Below are positions 38,090 through 48,120 of a DNA stretch of 53,516 nt, one piece after another (position 1 is the stretch's first letter; each line of letters begins with the position of its first letter). This DNA is from Promethearchaeota archaeon (GTDB taxonomy: Archaea > Asgardarchaeota > Lokiarchaeia > Sigyniarchaeales > SOKP01), in NCBI GenBank assembly GCA_048938025.1, contig JBHLMP010000027.1, positions 1-53,516 on the forward strand. Reading direction: 5' to 3'. A model generated the notes under the pieces. It saw only the letters and a list, made by a program, of their open reading frames with translations. It did not search any database and had not been told where the DNA came from. Made by a program: the position numbers and the translations under genes.

Positions 38090-38178
38090 GATGTTCGGAA
38101 ATGATGATTACTGTGGTTTGAGGAAAAAAATAGTTGTTTTTTCTATAACTTTGGAGCAGAGATCTGAATTCGAGCATC
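38090..38178 (+). ncRNA. Candidate box C/D guide sRNA
   Basis: Box C ATGATGA (38101-38107) and box D CTGA (38164-38167), closed by a 10-bp terminal stem GATGTTCGGA/TTCGAGCATC with two G-U pairs. Internal hairpin GAAAAAA...TTTTTTC. Intergenic. C' box not recognisable. Confidence 0.4.
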
Positions 38179-38338
38179 TATAATTCTTGGTTTAGATTAG
38201 AATCTTCGTGAAAGCACACTTTTACGATCATTCATGTCATGGGCGTAATATCACAATAATCTCTAAATTTTACAAAATCAAGTGGATCAAGGGTGTTAAA
38301 CGAAAAAAAAACAAGTAGAATTCTTTATATAACAAAGA

Positions 38339-39187
38339 TTATTTGTTTTGAATATCTTTTCTTTCAAAAATAAATATTGAGAGTAAAATAGGCATAATCG
38401 AGAGTATAAAAAGAATTACTGAAAAGGAATAGATAAATGTCCCAATATCAGGATCTTTAGGAATTCCTCCTTTTACAAATATTCCTGCTTCTCCTCCTGA
38501 AATAAATCCAAGAACTATATTAATATGATTGGACAAAGAGATATTATTAAGAAAGTCAGCAACATTTTTTGGTAGATAAATAGTTAAGAAATCAAGAATC
38601 ATCCATAAAATAAGAAAGATAATCGTTCCAAGACTAGCCATTGATGACTTTTTACTAAGAACAGAAAAAAGTACTGCTATTGAAGTATAGACAATCGCAT
38701 AAAATAGTATAACAACAAGATAACCCAATAAAATATTTAAGTCAGGCATCCCGATACCAATAAAAATTAAAGATAACGCCATAATAAGAAAATTTAGGGT
38801 TAAAAGTGGGATAAATACGATCATAGATGAGAATAATTTTCCCATTATTATTTCCCATCGGTGTAAAGGCTTTGAAACTAAAAGTGTAAGCATTCCTCTC
38901 TCTTTTTCTCCAGCTATAAAATCGCTACTGTGTAATACAGCTATTAATGCTATTGGAAAGGTTATAATATCAATGTAGGACATCAAGCAGATCGTTGGAT
39001 TAACTTCGGTAAGTGGTTCTGGAAACATGGCGGTCATCTGTTCAAGAATACTTGGATCTTCATACATCATCCAACAAAACCATATATTTAGTACAAGGGG
39101 TAATAATAATAAAATAAGGTATATTATGAATCTCCTTGATAATACAGTATCTCTTGTCTCCCGCTTAACGATTGTTTCTAATGCCAT
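38339..39187 (-). CDS. ABC-2 type transporter permease
   Basis: About six TM segments and the IAGEKERG.L.LL.SKP..R...GK motif; abuts the ATPase gene. Confidence 0.88.
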   Translation of the reverse strand: MALETIVKRETRDTVLSRRFIIYLILLLLPLVLNIWFCWMMYEDPSILEQMTAMFPEPLTEVNPTICLMSYIDIITFPIALIAVLHSSDFIAGEKERGMLTLLVSKPLHRWEIIMGKLFSSMIVFIPLLTLNFLIMALSLIFIGIGMPDLNILLGYLVVILFYAIVYTSIAVLFSVLSKKSSMASLGTIIFLILWMILDFLTIYLPKNVADFLNNISLSNHINIVLGFISGGEAGIFVKGGIPKDPDIGTFIYSFSVILFILSIMPILLSIFIFERKDIQNK

Positions 39188-39188
39188 A

Positions 39189-39917
39189 TTAGTTCCAATC
39201 ACCTTTAATTGTATTTTTATAGATTACTTCCAAACTTTCTGTGATCTCTTTCAAAGCAAGTTCGGTTATTATTTTACCTTTTTCGATAATAGCAACAACA
39301 TCACTAATTTTTTCAGTTATAGGAAGAACGTGAGTTGTAATTAAAATTGTATTTCCGTTTCTTGCATAATCAGAAATCATTTCTAAGACTTTTTCACGGG
39401 CTAGAGGATCTAAATCAGCCGTAGGCTCATCTAAAAATACAACTTCTGGATCCGCAACAAAAGCTTGGGCAATTGCTAATCGTTGCTTCATTCCTGCGGA
39501 ATAGGTTTCTATCTTTGAATTACCTCTCTCTGACAACCCAACCTTATTAAGAAAAATGCTAGCTTTCTTTTTAGCTTCAGATTTTTCAATACCGCCAAGT
39601 TCTGCCATATATTCCAAAAATCTAAATCCACTCATATTTTTATAAAAACCAGGGTCTTCAGGTAAATATCCTATTTTTTCACGTGCTTTTAGAGGATTTT
39701 TTTTGATATCATTACCTAAAATCTGAGCTGAGCCAGATGTTGGTTTTAAAGCACAAATTAACATCTCAATTAATGTAGTTTTTCCAGCTCCATTTGGTCC
39801 AACTAGACCACATATTTCTCCTTTCTTTACTTTTAAATTCAAATTATTAACAGCAATAAAATCGTTGAATTTTTTAGTTAAGTTTTCAGTTATTATCGCA
39901 TATTCTATTTTAGACAT
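39189..39917 (-). CDS. ABC transporter ATP-binding protein
   Basis: GPNGAGKT, the YSAGMKQR signature, FLDEP and the TTH H-loop. Confidence 0.95.
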   Translation of the reverse strand: MSKIEYAIITENLTKKFNDFIAVNNLNLKVKKGEICGLVGPNGAGKTTLIEMLICALKPTSGSAQILGNDIKKNPLKAREKIGYLPEDPGFYKNMSGFRFLEYMAELGGIEKSEAKKKASIFLNKVGLSERGNSKIETYSAGMKQRLAIAQAFVADPEVVFLDEPTADLDPLAREKVLEMISDYARNGNTILITTHVLPITEKISDVVAIIEKGKIITELALKEITESLEVIYKNTIKGDWN

Positions 39918-39991
39918 TTAAATAAGATATGATACCACATTTTATAAATTTTGATAGATCGCTTAGATTTTGACTAAAAAGTAGAAGTAAG

Positions 39992-40849
39992 TTAATTCCT
40001 CTTTTTCTCTTTTTCAATCTTAATTAATAATTTTCCTACTGCCTTATGACTCATTACTTGTAGATATGATAATAACCACCACCATCGTGGTACAAAAACT
40101 TCTCTTTTATATTTGCGTGATGCTTTCATAATACGTTCAGCAACATTCTTAGCTTCAACGAATTTATATAAAAAACCTCTTTTTTGATACTTATTTGCCC
40201 ATTCGCTCATTTCTGGTGTGGAATCCCAAAATTTAGTTTTAGCAGGAGCAGAACAGATGGTTATTACTTGAATATTATGATTTTGCATTCGATATTCTAA
40301 TCGAACTGAATCTGCTAAACCTACTACAGCATGTTTACTCATGCTATATGCTGCTAAATTGGGAATTCCCGTTTTTCCTGCGGAACTTGCTGAGAAAATC
40401 AATTGAGCTTCACGTCTTTCAGGATACTTTTTTATCGGTGAAGGTCGCCCAATATAAGGAAGTGCAGCTTGAAGAACCAACCATATGCCATCTGTATTGA
40501 TAGACATTATTTTGCGATACTCTTCAAAAGAGCCTTGATTTATAATTGAACAGGTACTTCCTATTCCAGCATTATTAAATAAAATGTCAATATATTTTTC
40601 CTTTTCTCCAATTTTTTTAATTCCAGACTCTATTTGTTCTCTATTAGTGACATCAAATACCATCTTTTCGACGTATTCAGCACCTAAATTTTTAATTTCT
40701 TCTTCTAATGCATCTAATGCAGGACCAGGAAGATCTAATAAATACATCTTCATTCCTAAGGGTGCAAAAAGTCTACATACTTCACTACCAATATCACCAC
40801 TCGCTCCTGTTATCACGAATACTTTTCCTTTATACCATCTCTTTTTCAT
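39992..40849 (-). CDS. Short-chain dehydrogenase/reductase
   Basis: TGASGDIG, NNAG and YSMSK. Confidence 0.92.
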   Translation of the reverse strand: MKKRWYKGKVFVITGASGDIGSEVCRLFAPLGMKMYLLDLPGPALDALEEEIKNLGAEYVEKMVFDVTNREQIESGIKKIGEKEKYIDILFNNAGIGSTCSIINQGSFEEYRKIMSINTDGIWLVLQAALPYIGRPSPIKKYPERREAQLIFSASSAGKTGIPNLAAYSMSKHAVVGLADSVRLEYRMQNHNIQVITICSAPAKTKFWDSTPEMSEWANKYQKRGFLYKFVEAKNVAERIMKASRKYKREVFVPRWWWLLSYLQVMSHKAVGKLLIKIEKEKKRN

Positions 40850-40867
40850 ATTTAGAATTCTTCCTCG

Positions 40868-41260
40868 TTAATCGCCTTTTTTTACTATACCTGAAAATGA
40901 AGAGAATTGTTTAAAAACACTGGCATCTCCTTCTATTTTAGCAAAAATATTTACAGCAGAGGCTGCTTTTGGTTTATCAGATGTACTTGCTGGAGTCCTT
41001 CCAAAGAAAATACAAAAACCAGTTCCATTTGGCCAATATCCAATGTCTCCAATTTCACATTCAACTTGAGAGTTTTCCACTTCAAGTTTTACTGGAATCG
41101 AACCATATAATTCTTCACCCCATCTTGTTAAATCTAATTCTAAGGGAAGACTATCCCAGATTGCTTTACATGTTTCAGGGTTCTTTTCAAGTAATAATTT
41201 AGCTTTTATTTTTCCTATTTTTGCATTTTCAATGATTATATAATCCATAATGCTAATCAT
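40868..41260 (-). CDS. Cyclophilin-like fold protein (DUF369/TM1367-like)
   Basis: PET..AI...LP, WGEELY and GDIGYWP.G..FCIFFG.TP. Confidence 0.82.
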   Translation of the reverse strand: MISIMDYIIIENAKIGKIKAKLLLEKNPETCKAIWDSLPLELDLTRWGEELYGSIPVKLEVENSQVECEIGDIGYWPNGTGFCIFFGRTPASTSDKPKAASAVNIFAKIEGDASVFKQFSSFSGIVKKGD

Positions 41261-41363
41261 ATTTTTAATTGAATCATACTAACTTTTATTGATTTTAAAG
41301 ATTTAATTATCAAAGATATAAAAATTTTTATTCTTATGAAAAACATTTAAGATCCTTAGCTCA

Positions 41364-42194
41364 ATGATTTTAGAAAAAACTGTAGAATTAGTAAAAAAAA
41401 TCTATAAATATCATAAGATTGTCCCTCCTAAAATCACAAAAGTAATTATTGGATTAGGATATACAGGAGTAGAAGCAACAACTTATTCTTATGAACCATT
41501 CTTAGGTTTAGCTTATACTTTACCAGATGTTATTAAAAAAACTGATTGTAATAAAATTAGTTTTGCGGGATCTCTAACAGATAGATCTTTACTAGAAGTT
41601 TTACAATGGTCATATGAGGCACCAAGCTTAAAAAAAATTATTGGAATAGCTACATTGAACGCCGTGTCTCAACATATATTTCAAATTGCTAAGGATAATG
41701 ATTGGGGTAATCCATATATTAGAATCAAAGAAAATCTTATAGACTTTCTGAAAATCGAAAAAAACACAAAAGTAACATTTATAGGGTTTGTAAAGCCGAT
41801 GATCCAGAAGATAAGGAGACTTACCCAAAAGATCCTAATTATTGAAGATAATCCTTCTATCTCTAAAAGTTTTAATAATTGCATTATCAAGAATGATATT
41901 AAGCAGTTAGAAAAAAAGGAATTATCCACAGATGTTCTATTTTGTACCGGTACAGCGTTAATAAATGATACGTTTGAGGAGATCTTAGAATTATTTAAAA
42001 AAAATGTTCATTATATCGCAATTATTGGTCCTAGCGCCAGTATGATTCCTGATATCTTATTTGATTATGGCGTTGATATTGTAGGAGGAATGAAAATTAT
42101 AGATTCAGAGGCTACTATGAAGGTTATCCAAGAAGGTGGAGGAACAAAATTATTTAAAAAATTTGGAATTAAATATAACCTAATTCCAGAATAA
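41364..42194 (+). CDS. DUF364 / Rossmann-like domain protein
   Basis: IGIATLNA, CTGTALINDT, IIGPSAS and GVDIVGG. Confidence 0.8.
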   Translation: MILEKTVELVKKIYKYHKIVPPKITKVIIGLGYTGVEATTYSYEPFLGLAYTLPDVIKKTDCNKISFAGSLTDRSLLEVLQWSYEAPSLKKIIGIATLNAVSQHIFQIAKDNDWGNPYIRIKENLIDFLKIEKNTKVTFIGFVKPMIQKIRRLTQKILIIEDNPSISKSFNNCIIKNDIKQLEKKELSTDVLFCTGTALINDTFEEILELFKKNVHYIAIIGPSASMIPDILFDYGVDIVGGMKIIDSEATMKVIQEGGGTKLFKKFGIKYNLIPE

Positions 42195-42334
42195 AGGTTT
42201 CCTTTAAATGAAAAAAACGATTTTACGATACGTAAATTTTAAAAATTAAATAACTGAAAACTAATTAATTAAAGAAATTTAAAATATATTGATAAAAAAT
42301 AAGATATTTAGCTCATTTTATCAAATTGGTTAAA

Positions 42335-42859
42335 ATGTCTGATATAGTGTACGCTTTTAAAGTCATAGTTATTGGTCCTGGTGCTGTAGGAAAAACAAGC
42401 ATTATAAATAGATTTGTAAAGGATGAATTTGTTTTAAAATATAAATTAACTATTGGTACAGATTTTCTATCAAAAACCATTGAATACAAAACGAATAAAA
42501 AAGTAAAACTGCAAATTTGGGATATTGGGGGTCAAGAACGATTTAAATTCTTGCGTAAAAGTTTTTATGATGGTGCTAATGGTGCATTTTTGGTTTTTGA
42601 TCTTTCAAGAGGACATACATATAAAGAAATAAAGACATGGCTTTCTGAAATGAATCAAATTATGGAAAAGAAAATACCCTTTATATTAGTAGGAAATAAA
42701 GCTGATTTAATTGATGAAATTGGAGAATTAATCGATCGAAATGAAGTAGAAAGGTTTGCCAAAACAGAAAAAAGTATTTATATCGAAACTTCAGCAAAGA
42801 CAGGTGATAATGTTGAACAGGCCTTCATTGAATTAACTCATAGAATGATAAGAAAATAA
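42335..42859 (+). CDS. Rab-like small GTPase
   Basis: G1 GPGAVGKTS, G2 TIG, G3 WDIGGQE, G4 NKAD, G5 ETSAK; no C-terminal Cys. Confidence 0.93.
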   Translation: MSDIVYAFKVIVIGPGAVGKTSIINRFVKDEFVLKYKLTIGTDFLSKTIEYKTNKKVKLQIWDIGGQERFKFLRKSFYDGANGAFLVFDLSRGHTYKEIKTWLSEMNQIMEKKIPFILVGNKADLIDEIGELIDRNEVERFAKTEKSIYIETSAKTGDNVEQAFIELTHRMIRK

Positions 42860-42880
42860 AATTTATCTCCGGAATTAATT

Positions 42881-43393
42881 ATGTACAAGTTTAAAGTTAT
42901 TATAATCGGTCCTTCAGCTGTAGGAAAAACAAGTTTATTATATAGATTTGTTAAAAATGAATTCCAATTGCAGTATAAACTAACTCTCGGAGCAAATTTT
43001 TTATCAAAAACCTTGGAAATTAAACCAAATAAGGCAGTCTATCTACAAATATGGGATATTGGGGGTCAAGAAAAATTTAAAATTTTATATAAAAATTTCT
43101 ATGAGGGCGCAAATGGGGCGTTGTTAGTTTTTGATCTTTCGAGAGAAAGTACCTTTAAAAAGATGAGTACTTGGCTTTTTGAAATGTATATAATTATGGG
43201 AACAAAAATACCTTTTATATTAGTTGGTAATAAAGTTGATTTATTTTCAGAAATTGGAGAAATAGTTAATAGAAATGCTGCCGAATGGTTTGCCAAACAA
43301 GAAAATGCTTCATATATTGAAACTTCAGCAAAAACAGGTGATAATGTTGAACAAGCTTTCATTAAGTTGGTTAATCAAATGATAAAGGATTAA
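42881..43393 (+). CDS. Rab-like small GTPase (tandem paralogue)
   Basis: G1 GPSAVGKTS, TLG, WDIGGQE, NKVD and ETSAK; no C-terminal Cys. Confidence 0.93.
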   Translation: MYKFKVIIIGPSAVGKTSLLYRFVKNEFQLQYKLTLGANFLSKTLEIKPNKAVYLQIWDIGGQEKFKILYKNFYEGANGALLVFDLSRESTFKKMSTWLFEMYIIMGTKIPFILVGNKVDLFSEIGEIVNRNAAEWFAKQENASYIETSAKTGDNVEQAFIKLVNQMIKD

Positions 43394-43395
43394 GG

Positions 43396-46300
43396 CTAAG
43401 TCAGTTTAATTACAGCAAATGATAATAAGTTTGTGTAAAATTTAGCTAAATTTCTTTTAATCATTTCTTGTTTGAGATCTTCATATTCAAAGGATAAATC
43501 ATCTAATTTTTTTTCAACATTATGTATATCTCTTTCAATAAATTTTATTTCTTCTTCTAATTTTTGAATTTTATCTAACCTTTCTTGCTTTTTAGTTTCA
43601 TCAGGCATTTTATTAATATTTTTTAGCTGTCTTTCTGAGGGCCTATTAGTTTCTTTTCTCTCTAATCTTTGTTTTAAAGAGTTAAGTTTGAAAAATAGGA
43701 AATTTCTTTTATGTGCATATATTTTTTCCTTTTTACTTTTCTCTAATTCAAATATTTTGTCATTTAAGGTTTTTATTTCATTTTTCCATATAGAAATTTT
43801 TGATTTTACAATTTTTTTAGCAATTTTAGAAAGAGCGTCAATATCTTTATAATGTAGCTCAATAGAATTCACTTTGTCGAAATTAAAAATTTTGTCAAAA
43901 TTTTCAATATTTAAAATAAAATCTGCTAATTTCTCAACCTCATTCCCATTCTGATCAAATAATACTGCAGAAATCTGATTTTCAATTATATATCCTTGAA
44001 ATTTAATTGTAAAAATAAATAAGTAGAGTTCCTTATATTGATAATTGATCAAATCGAGATTTTCTGGTAATGCATCTCTTTTCAATAATAGCACAGTAAA
44101 AGAACCTGGAAATAGATTCCCCATTGTATAATCTAATATTGAATTAATCAATGGATGCCCTAAGGCAAAAAAGTCAATTTCTTCTTTTTTTCGGGCGTAT
44201 TCTAAATTAAACGTACCTAAGTAATCTTTTGAAAGGCGATATTTAGCATTTCTGGACAAAATTTCAGTTAGTAAAATTTTTGTTTCAGTAGATGATTTAG
44301 AACCTTCTTCGCTAATGCTTAAAGATCCATATTTACTATTATCAACATTAAAGAAATATTTCATCAATAGAAATAACTCATTATGACTAAGCTTAACATC
44401 GATACATGATGCTAAAGAAGTAATGAGTCCCTCCATCTGAAAAGATTTTTTATCAATCATTAAATCATCTAATTGCATTTCAATTTCTTTTGCTTTCTGA
44501 ATCTCTTCATCAAGAGTTCTATAAAATTCATTTAATCTATTTCTCTTTTTCTTCTCATCTTCAATGAAAATTAAGTTTTTAAAATCTTTTTCAATTTTGC
44601 CTATTATTGGTTCTAAAATTCCTATGGATTCCTCAAACAAGTTAATTCTTTTCAGTAAAGCGGAAATTACATCTGTTTCGATTGTACCTTCCATAAATAA
44701 ATTGTAAATATATATTTCGCGAGATTCTTGTCCTATTCGATCAAGTCTCCCTATTCTCTGTTCTAGTTTCATAGGATTCCATGGAAGATCATAATTTATG
44801 AGGATTCTACAAAATTGGAAATTACGGCCCTCTCCTCCTATTTCCGTTGAAATAAGTATTGAAAAGGTTTTATTATTACGAAATCGTTCAACAGCTAAAT
44901 CTTTTTGATTTTTATCCAACCCTCCGTAGAAAACTTCAACTAAGTAACTTTCATTTTGTTTCTCTATTAGATCCTTTAGATGAAGGAGAGTATCTACGAA
45001 TTGAGTAAATATAATAATTTTTTCATTTGGATTTTGAGAATAAATCTTGTTGATAATCTCAATTAATTTATCTGCTTTTGAATCATATGGCAAATTCTTT
45101 AACTTTTCATAAAACTCTTTTAAAATTTTTTCTTGATTTATAATATTAAATGATTCATCTGGTTGTTCTTGGGATAACGATTCTTTAAATCCAATAATTT
45201 CAGAATCTAAGGTTTGATCTTCTAGTTCTAATTCATAAAATTCAGGATCTTCTTCTTTCATCACGTCAAATTTCAGAAAAATATCCTTAAATCGATTAAT
45301 TTGTTCTAATCTGCGCTCAAGACTTTTTAAGAAAGCATATTTTGAACTGGTTAATAATTTCTGTAAGGTTGTAACTACAAATCCTATTCCAGCATTTTCC
45401 TTACTTATCGAAGCATTATAAATTTGAGCAAGATATAATCGGATTTCATTATAAAGGTCTAGTTCTTGCTTAGTTGGGTATACCATTATTGTTTTTACAA
45501 CCCTCTTATTCAAAAATTCTTTAAAAAATACATTTTTCTTACGATTTCTAATTAAGAACTTCGATAATGTATGGTCTTTTTCAATTTTATTCGTTAAGTC
45601 TAATTTAAAAGAATCATCTTTAATCTGTAGTAAAACTTGTTCACTATTTTTATCTTTATCAACGTATCGAAGATTTTTAAGAAGTTTGATAGCGTTTTTT
45701 ACTTCAAAATTATTTAATTTTTCAATCTGGTTAAGATTTGTCACTAATAAATTGATAAAGGGCATATTTTTCCTAAAATGTTCGAAATCACTAAAATTTT
45801 CAAAAATTTCCGGATGTATTAGCTCAATTAAGGAGTATAATTCGAAAGAATGAAGTTGTAATGGAGTTGCTGTTAATAAAAGTAAACTTTCGGCATTTTG
45901 ACTTAGGTTACGAGCTAATTTATAATTGAGTGTTTCTCTATAATAACCTGTTATAGCATTGAGTAAGTAACGTCTTAAATGATGAGCCTCGTCAAATATC
46001 ACGATATCCCATGAAACCTGGGATAATAGTTCTATATACTTTCGATTCCTGGCAAATTGCAGTGAACAGATAATTAAATTATCATAATAAAAAAGATTAC
46101 TTAAAAGATTAGCACTTTTATAGCTCCTTTTTTTTTTAAGTTCTTTTATCTTTTTTCCATCATAGATTGTAAAACGGATATTAAACTTATTTTGCATTTC
46201 AAATTGCCACTGATTTAGCAATGATGCTGGAACTATAATTAAAATCCTCTCTGCTAAATTTCTTGCCATCATTTCCTTAATATAAATTCCCGCTTCAATT

Positions 46301-46980
46301 GTTTTCCCTAGACCCACCTCATCAGCTAAAATAACTCTTGGAAAATATTCCTCAGATAAACGGTGAGCGACATTGATTTGGTGGGGCATTAATGAAAGTC
46401 TTGAGTTTGTTATGCATTTTATTTGATATGAAGTATAGTAAGAATGAAATAAGTTAGCCCAATATTTAATTAAGAAATTCTGTGGGGGATCAAATTCTTT
46501 ACTTTTAATTAAAGCTTCTAATGGTCTTTCATATTTTGAATAAATATCAGGTTCGAATACTTGAGTAATTTTACCATTTGGTAATAAAAATTCATAAGAT
46601 ACTAAACCATCTTTAATTAAGAAATCATCAGAATTGATAACTCCTGTTCCTTGTTTTGTAATAAGTCTTTCATTTAGTTCAAAGATATAATGAACTAGAT
46701 CAATTGGATGGATAATTTTAATGATATTATCCTTAAATATAACTTTAAATTTCTTGATAAAAAATGTATCCTCATCATCAAGAGATTTTGAAGCAGGGAT
46801 ATCTAACTTCTTTACAACTCTACCTATTCCAAATTCAGGATTTAATCTATATATGACTAAATTTCCCTTATTAAACTTCTGTCCTTGACAATATAAATTA
46901 AAGCATTTAGAAAATTTTGATTCTAACTCTTTTCCACAGAAAGGGCAATTATACCGATGAGGATTTATCTTAAAAACCAT
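43396..46980 (-). CDS. SNF2-family (RapA/HepA-like) helicase/ATPase with N-terminal Zn-ribbon and C-terminal coiled coil
   Basis: CPFC...C.NLYC; LADEVGLGKT, DEAH, TATP, GGEGRNFQ, EQRIGRLDRIGQ and GHPLI. Confidence 0.92.
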   Translation of the reverse strand: MVFKINPHRYNCPFCGKELESKFSKCFNLYCQGQKFNKGNLVIYRLNPEFGIGRVVKKLDIPASKSLDDEDTFFIKKFKVIFKDNIIKIIHPIDLVHYIFELNERLITKQGTGVINSDDFLIKDGLVSYEFLLPNGKITQVFEPDIYSKYERPLEALIKSKEFDPPQNFLIKYWANLFHSYYTSYQIKCITNSRLSLMPHQINVAHRLSEEYFPRVILADEVGLGKTIEAGIYIKEMMARNLAERILIIVPASLLNQWQFEMQNKFNIRFTIYDGKKIKELKKKRSYKSANLLSNLFYYDNLIICSLQFARNRKYIELLSQVSWDIVIFDEAHHLRRYLLNAITGYYRETLNYKLARNLSQNAESLLLLTATPLQLHSFELYSLIELIHPEIFENFSDFEHFRKNMPFINLLVTNLNQIEKLNNFEVKNAIKLLKNLRYVDKDKNSEQVLLQIKDDSFKLDLTNKIEKDHTLSKFLIRNRKKNVFFKEFLNKRVVKTIMVYPTKQELDLYNEIRLYLAQIYNASISKENAGIGFVVTTLQKLLTSSKYAFLKSLERRLEQINRFKDIFLKFDVMKEEDPEFYELELEDQTLDSEIIGFKESLSQEQPDESFNIINQEKILKEFYEKLKNLPYDSKADKLIEIINKIYSQNPNEKIIIFTQFVDTLLHLKDLIEKQNESYLVEVFYGGLDKNQKDLAVERFRNNKTFSILISTEIGGEGRNFQFCRILINYDLPWNPMKLEQRIGRLDRIGQESREIYIYNLFMEGTIETDVISALLKRINLFEESIGILEPIIGKIEKDFKNLIFIEDEKKKRNRLNEFYRTLDEEIQKAKEIEMQLDDLMIDKKSFQMEGLITSLASCIDVKLSHNELFLLMKYFFNVDNSKYGSLSISEEGSKSSTETKILLTEILSRNAKYRLSKDYLGTFNLEYARKKEEIDFFALGHPLINSILDYTMGNLFPGSFTVLLLKRDALPENLDLINYQYKELYLFIFTIKFQGYIIENQISAVLFDQNGNEVEKLADFILNIENFDKIFNFDKVNSIELHYKDIDALSKIAKKIVKSKISIWKNEIKTLNDKIFELEKSKKEKIYAHKRNFLFFKLNSLKQRLERKETNRPSERQLKNINKMPDETKKQERLDKIQKLEEEIKFIERDIHNVEKKLDDLSFEYEDLKQEMIKRNLAKFYTNLLSFAVIKLT

Positions 46981-47187
46981 TATTTTTTTATTACATTTAA
47001 TTTAAATAAAAGTAAAAATTTTCGTATTTTAAATCAAATTAAGCAGGAATATCTTTAAAAGTGGGATTGAAATCTTAGATTTTCGATACAAGAAACATTC
47101 TATGATACAAATAACTTTTTATTTAAACACTAATATGTGATTATATCAAAATTCATATATATCGAGCTTTGCTAAGGTAAAAATACA

Positions 47188-47952
47188 ATGAGTGAAAGAA
47201 CTTCAGATATATTAAAACAGAAAAAAAAGGCTAATTTTTGGTACAAACAGAAGAAAAGTAAGTTCATAAGAGATATATACAAAAAAATTTATGGCAATGA
47301 TTATCCAGAAGAAGCAGATCCCGATAGTTTTGTAACAATGACAGATCTGCACAATATCGTCAAGTTTCTCAATGTTAAACCGGGCGAGACTTTCGTTGAT
47401 ATAGGATGTGGCAAAGCGGGACCAGGAATGTGGATAGCACGTGAAATGAATGCGAAATATGTAGGTATTGATATCTCAGAAATTGCTATTGAATTAGCTT
47501 CACAACGAATAGTAGATTTTGGACTGAAAGATAAGGCTAAATTTCAAGTTGCAAATATTTGTGCAACTAATTTCTCTGATAATTATTATAATGGCGCAAT
47601 TAGTATTGATACATTAACGTATATACCAGATAAGATGAAGGCTATATGTGAAATTGCAAGAATTTTACAATCGGTTGCGTCATTTGTGTTTACTACTTGG
47701 GAAACACCAGCTACAGTGAGCGATTATCGACCCTTACTGCGCAAAGCAGGGTTCAAAATTGTGATTTACAATGAGATTTCAAATTGGGAACGACGTCAGC
47801 ATGATTTTTATGAGAAAATAATTGAATTTAGAGATATTTTAATCAGAGATATGGGGAAGGATGGATCGCTTCCATGGATTAAAGAAGCAAAAGAAAATCT
47901 GCCCTATTTAAAAGATTGGAGACGAATTTTTGGTGTTGCCAAGAAAAAATGA
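47188..47952 (+). CDS. Class I SAM-dependent methyltransferase
   Basis: VDIGCGKAG and GIDIS. Confidence 0.88.
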   Translation: MSERTSDILKQKKKANFWYKQKKSKFIRDIYKKIYGNDYPEEADPDSFVTMTDLHNIVKFLNVKPGETFVDIGCGKAGPGMWIAREMNAKYVGIDISEIAIELASQRIVDFGLKDKAKFQVANICATNFSDNYYNGAISIDTLTYIPDKMKAICEIARILQSVASFVFTTWETPATVSDYRPLLRKAGFKIVIYNEISNWERRQHDFYEKIIEFRDILIRDMGKDGSLPWIKEAKENLPYLKDWRRIFGVAKKK

Positions 47953-48120
47953 TAGTGTTCATATATTTATTTAAAATCTTGAACAAAATCTTGATTCTAA
48001 TTCATTACCACAGTGATAATTATACATAGAAGGATTATTTCTATAACAGTTATCTTTATATTCTGTTAAATATGAATTAAAGTAAAAATTTTAGTATTTC
48101 AATTTATAAAGGAGTTAAGT

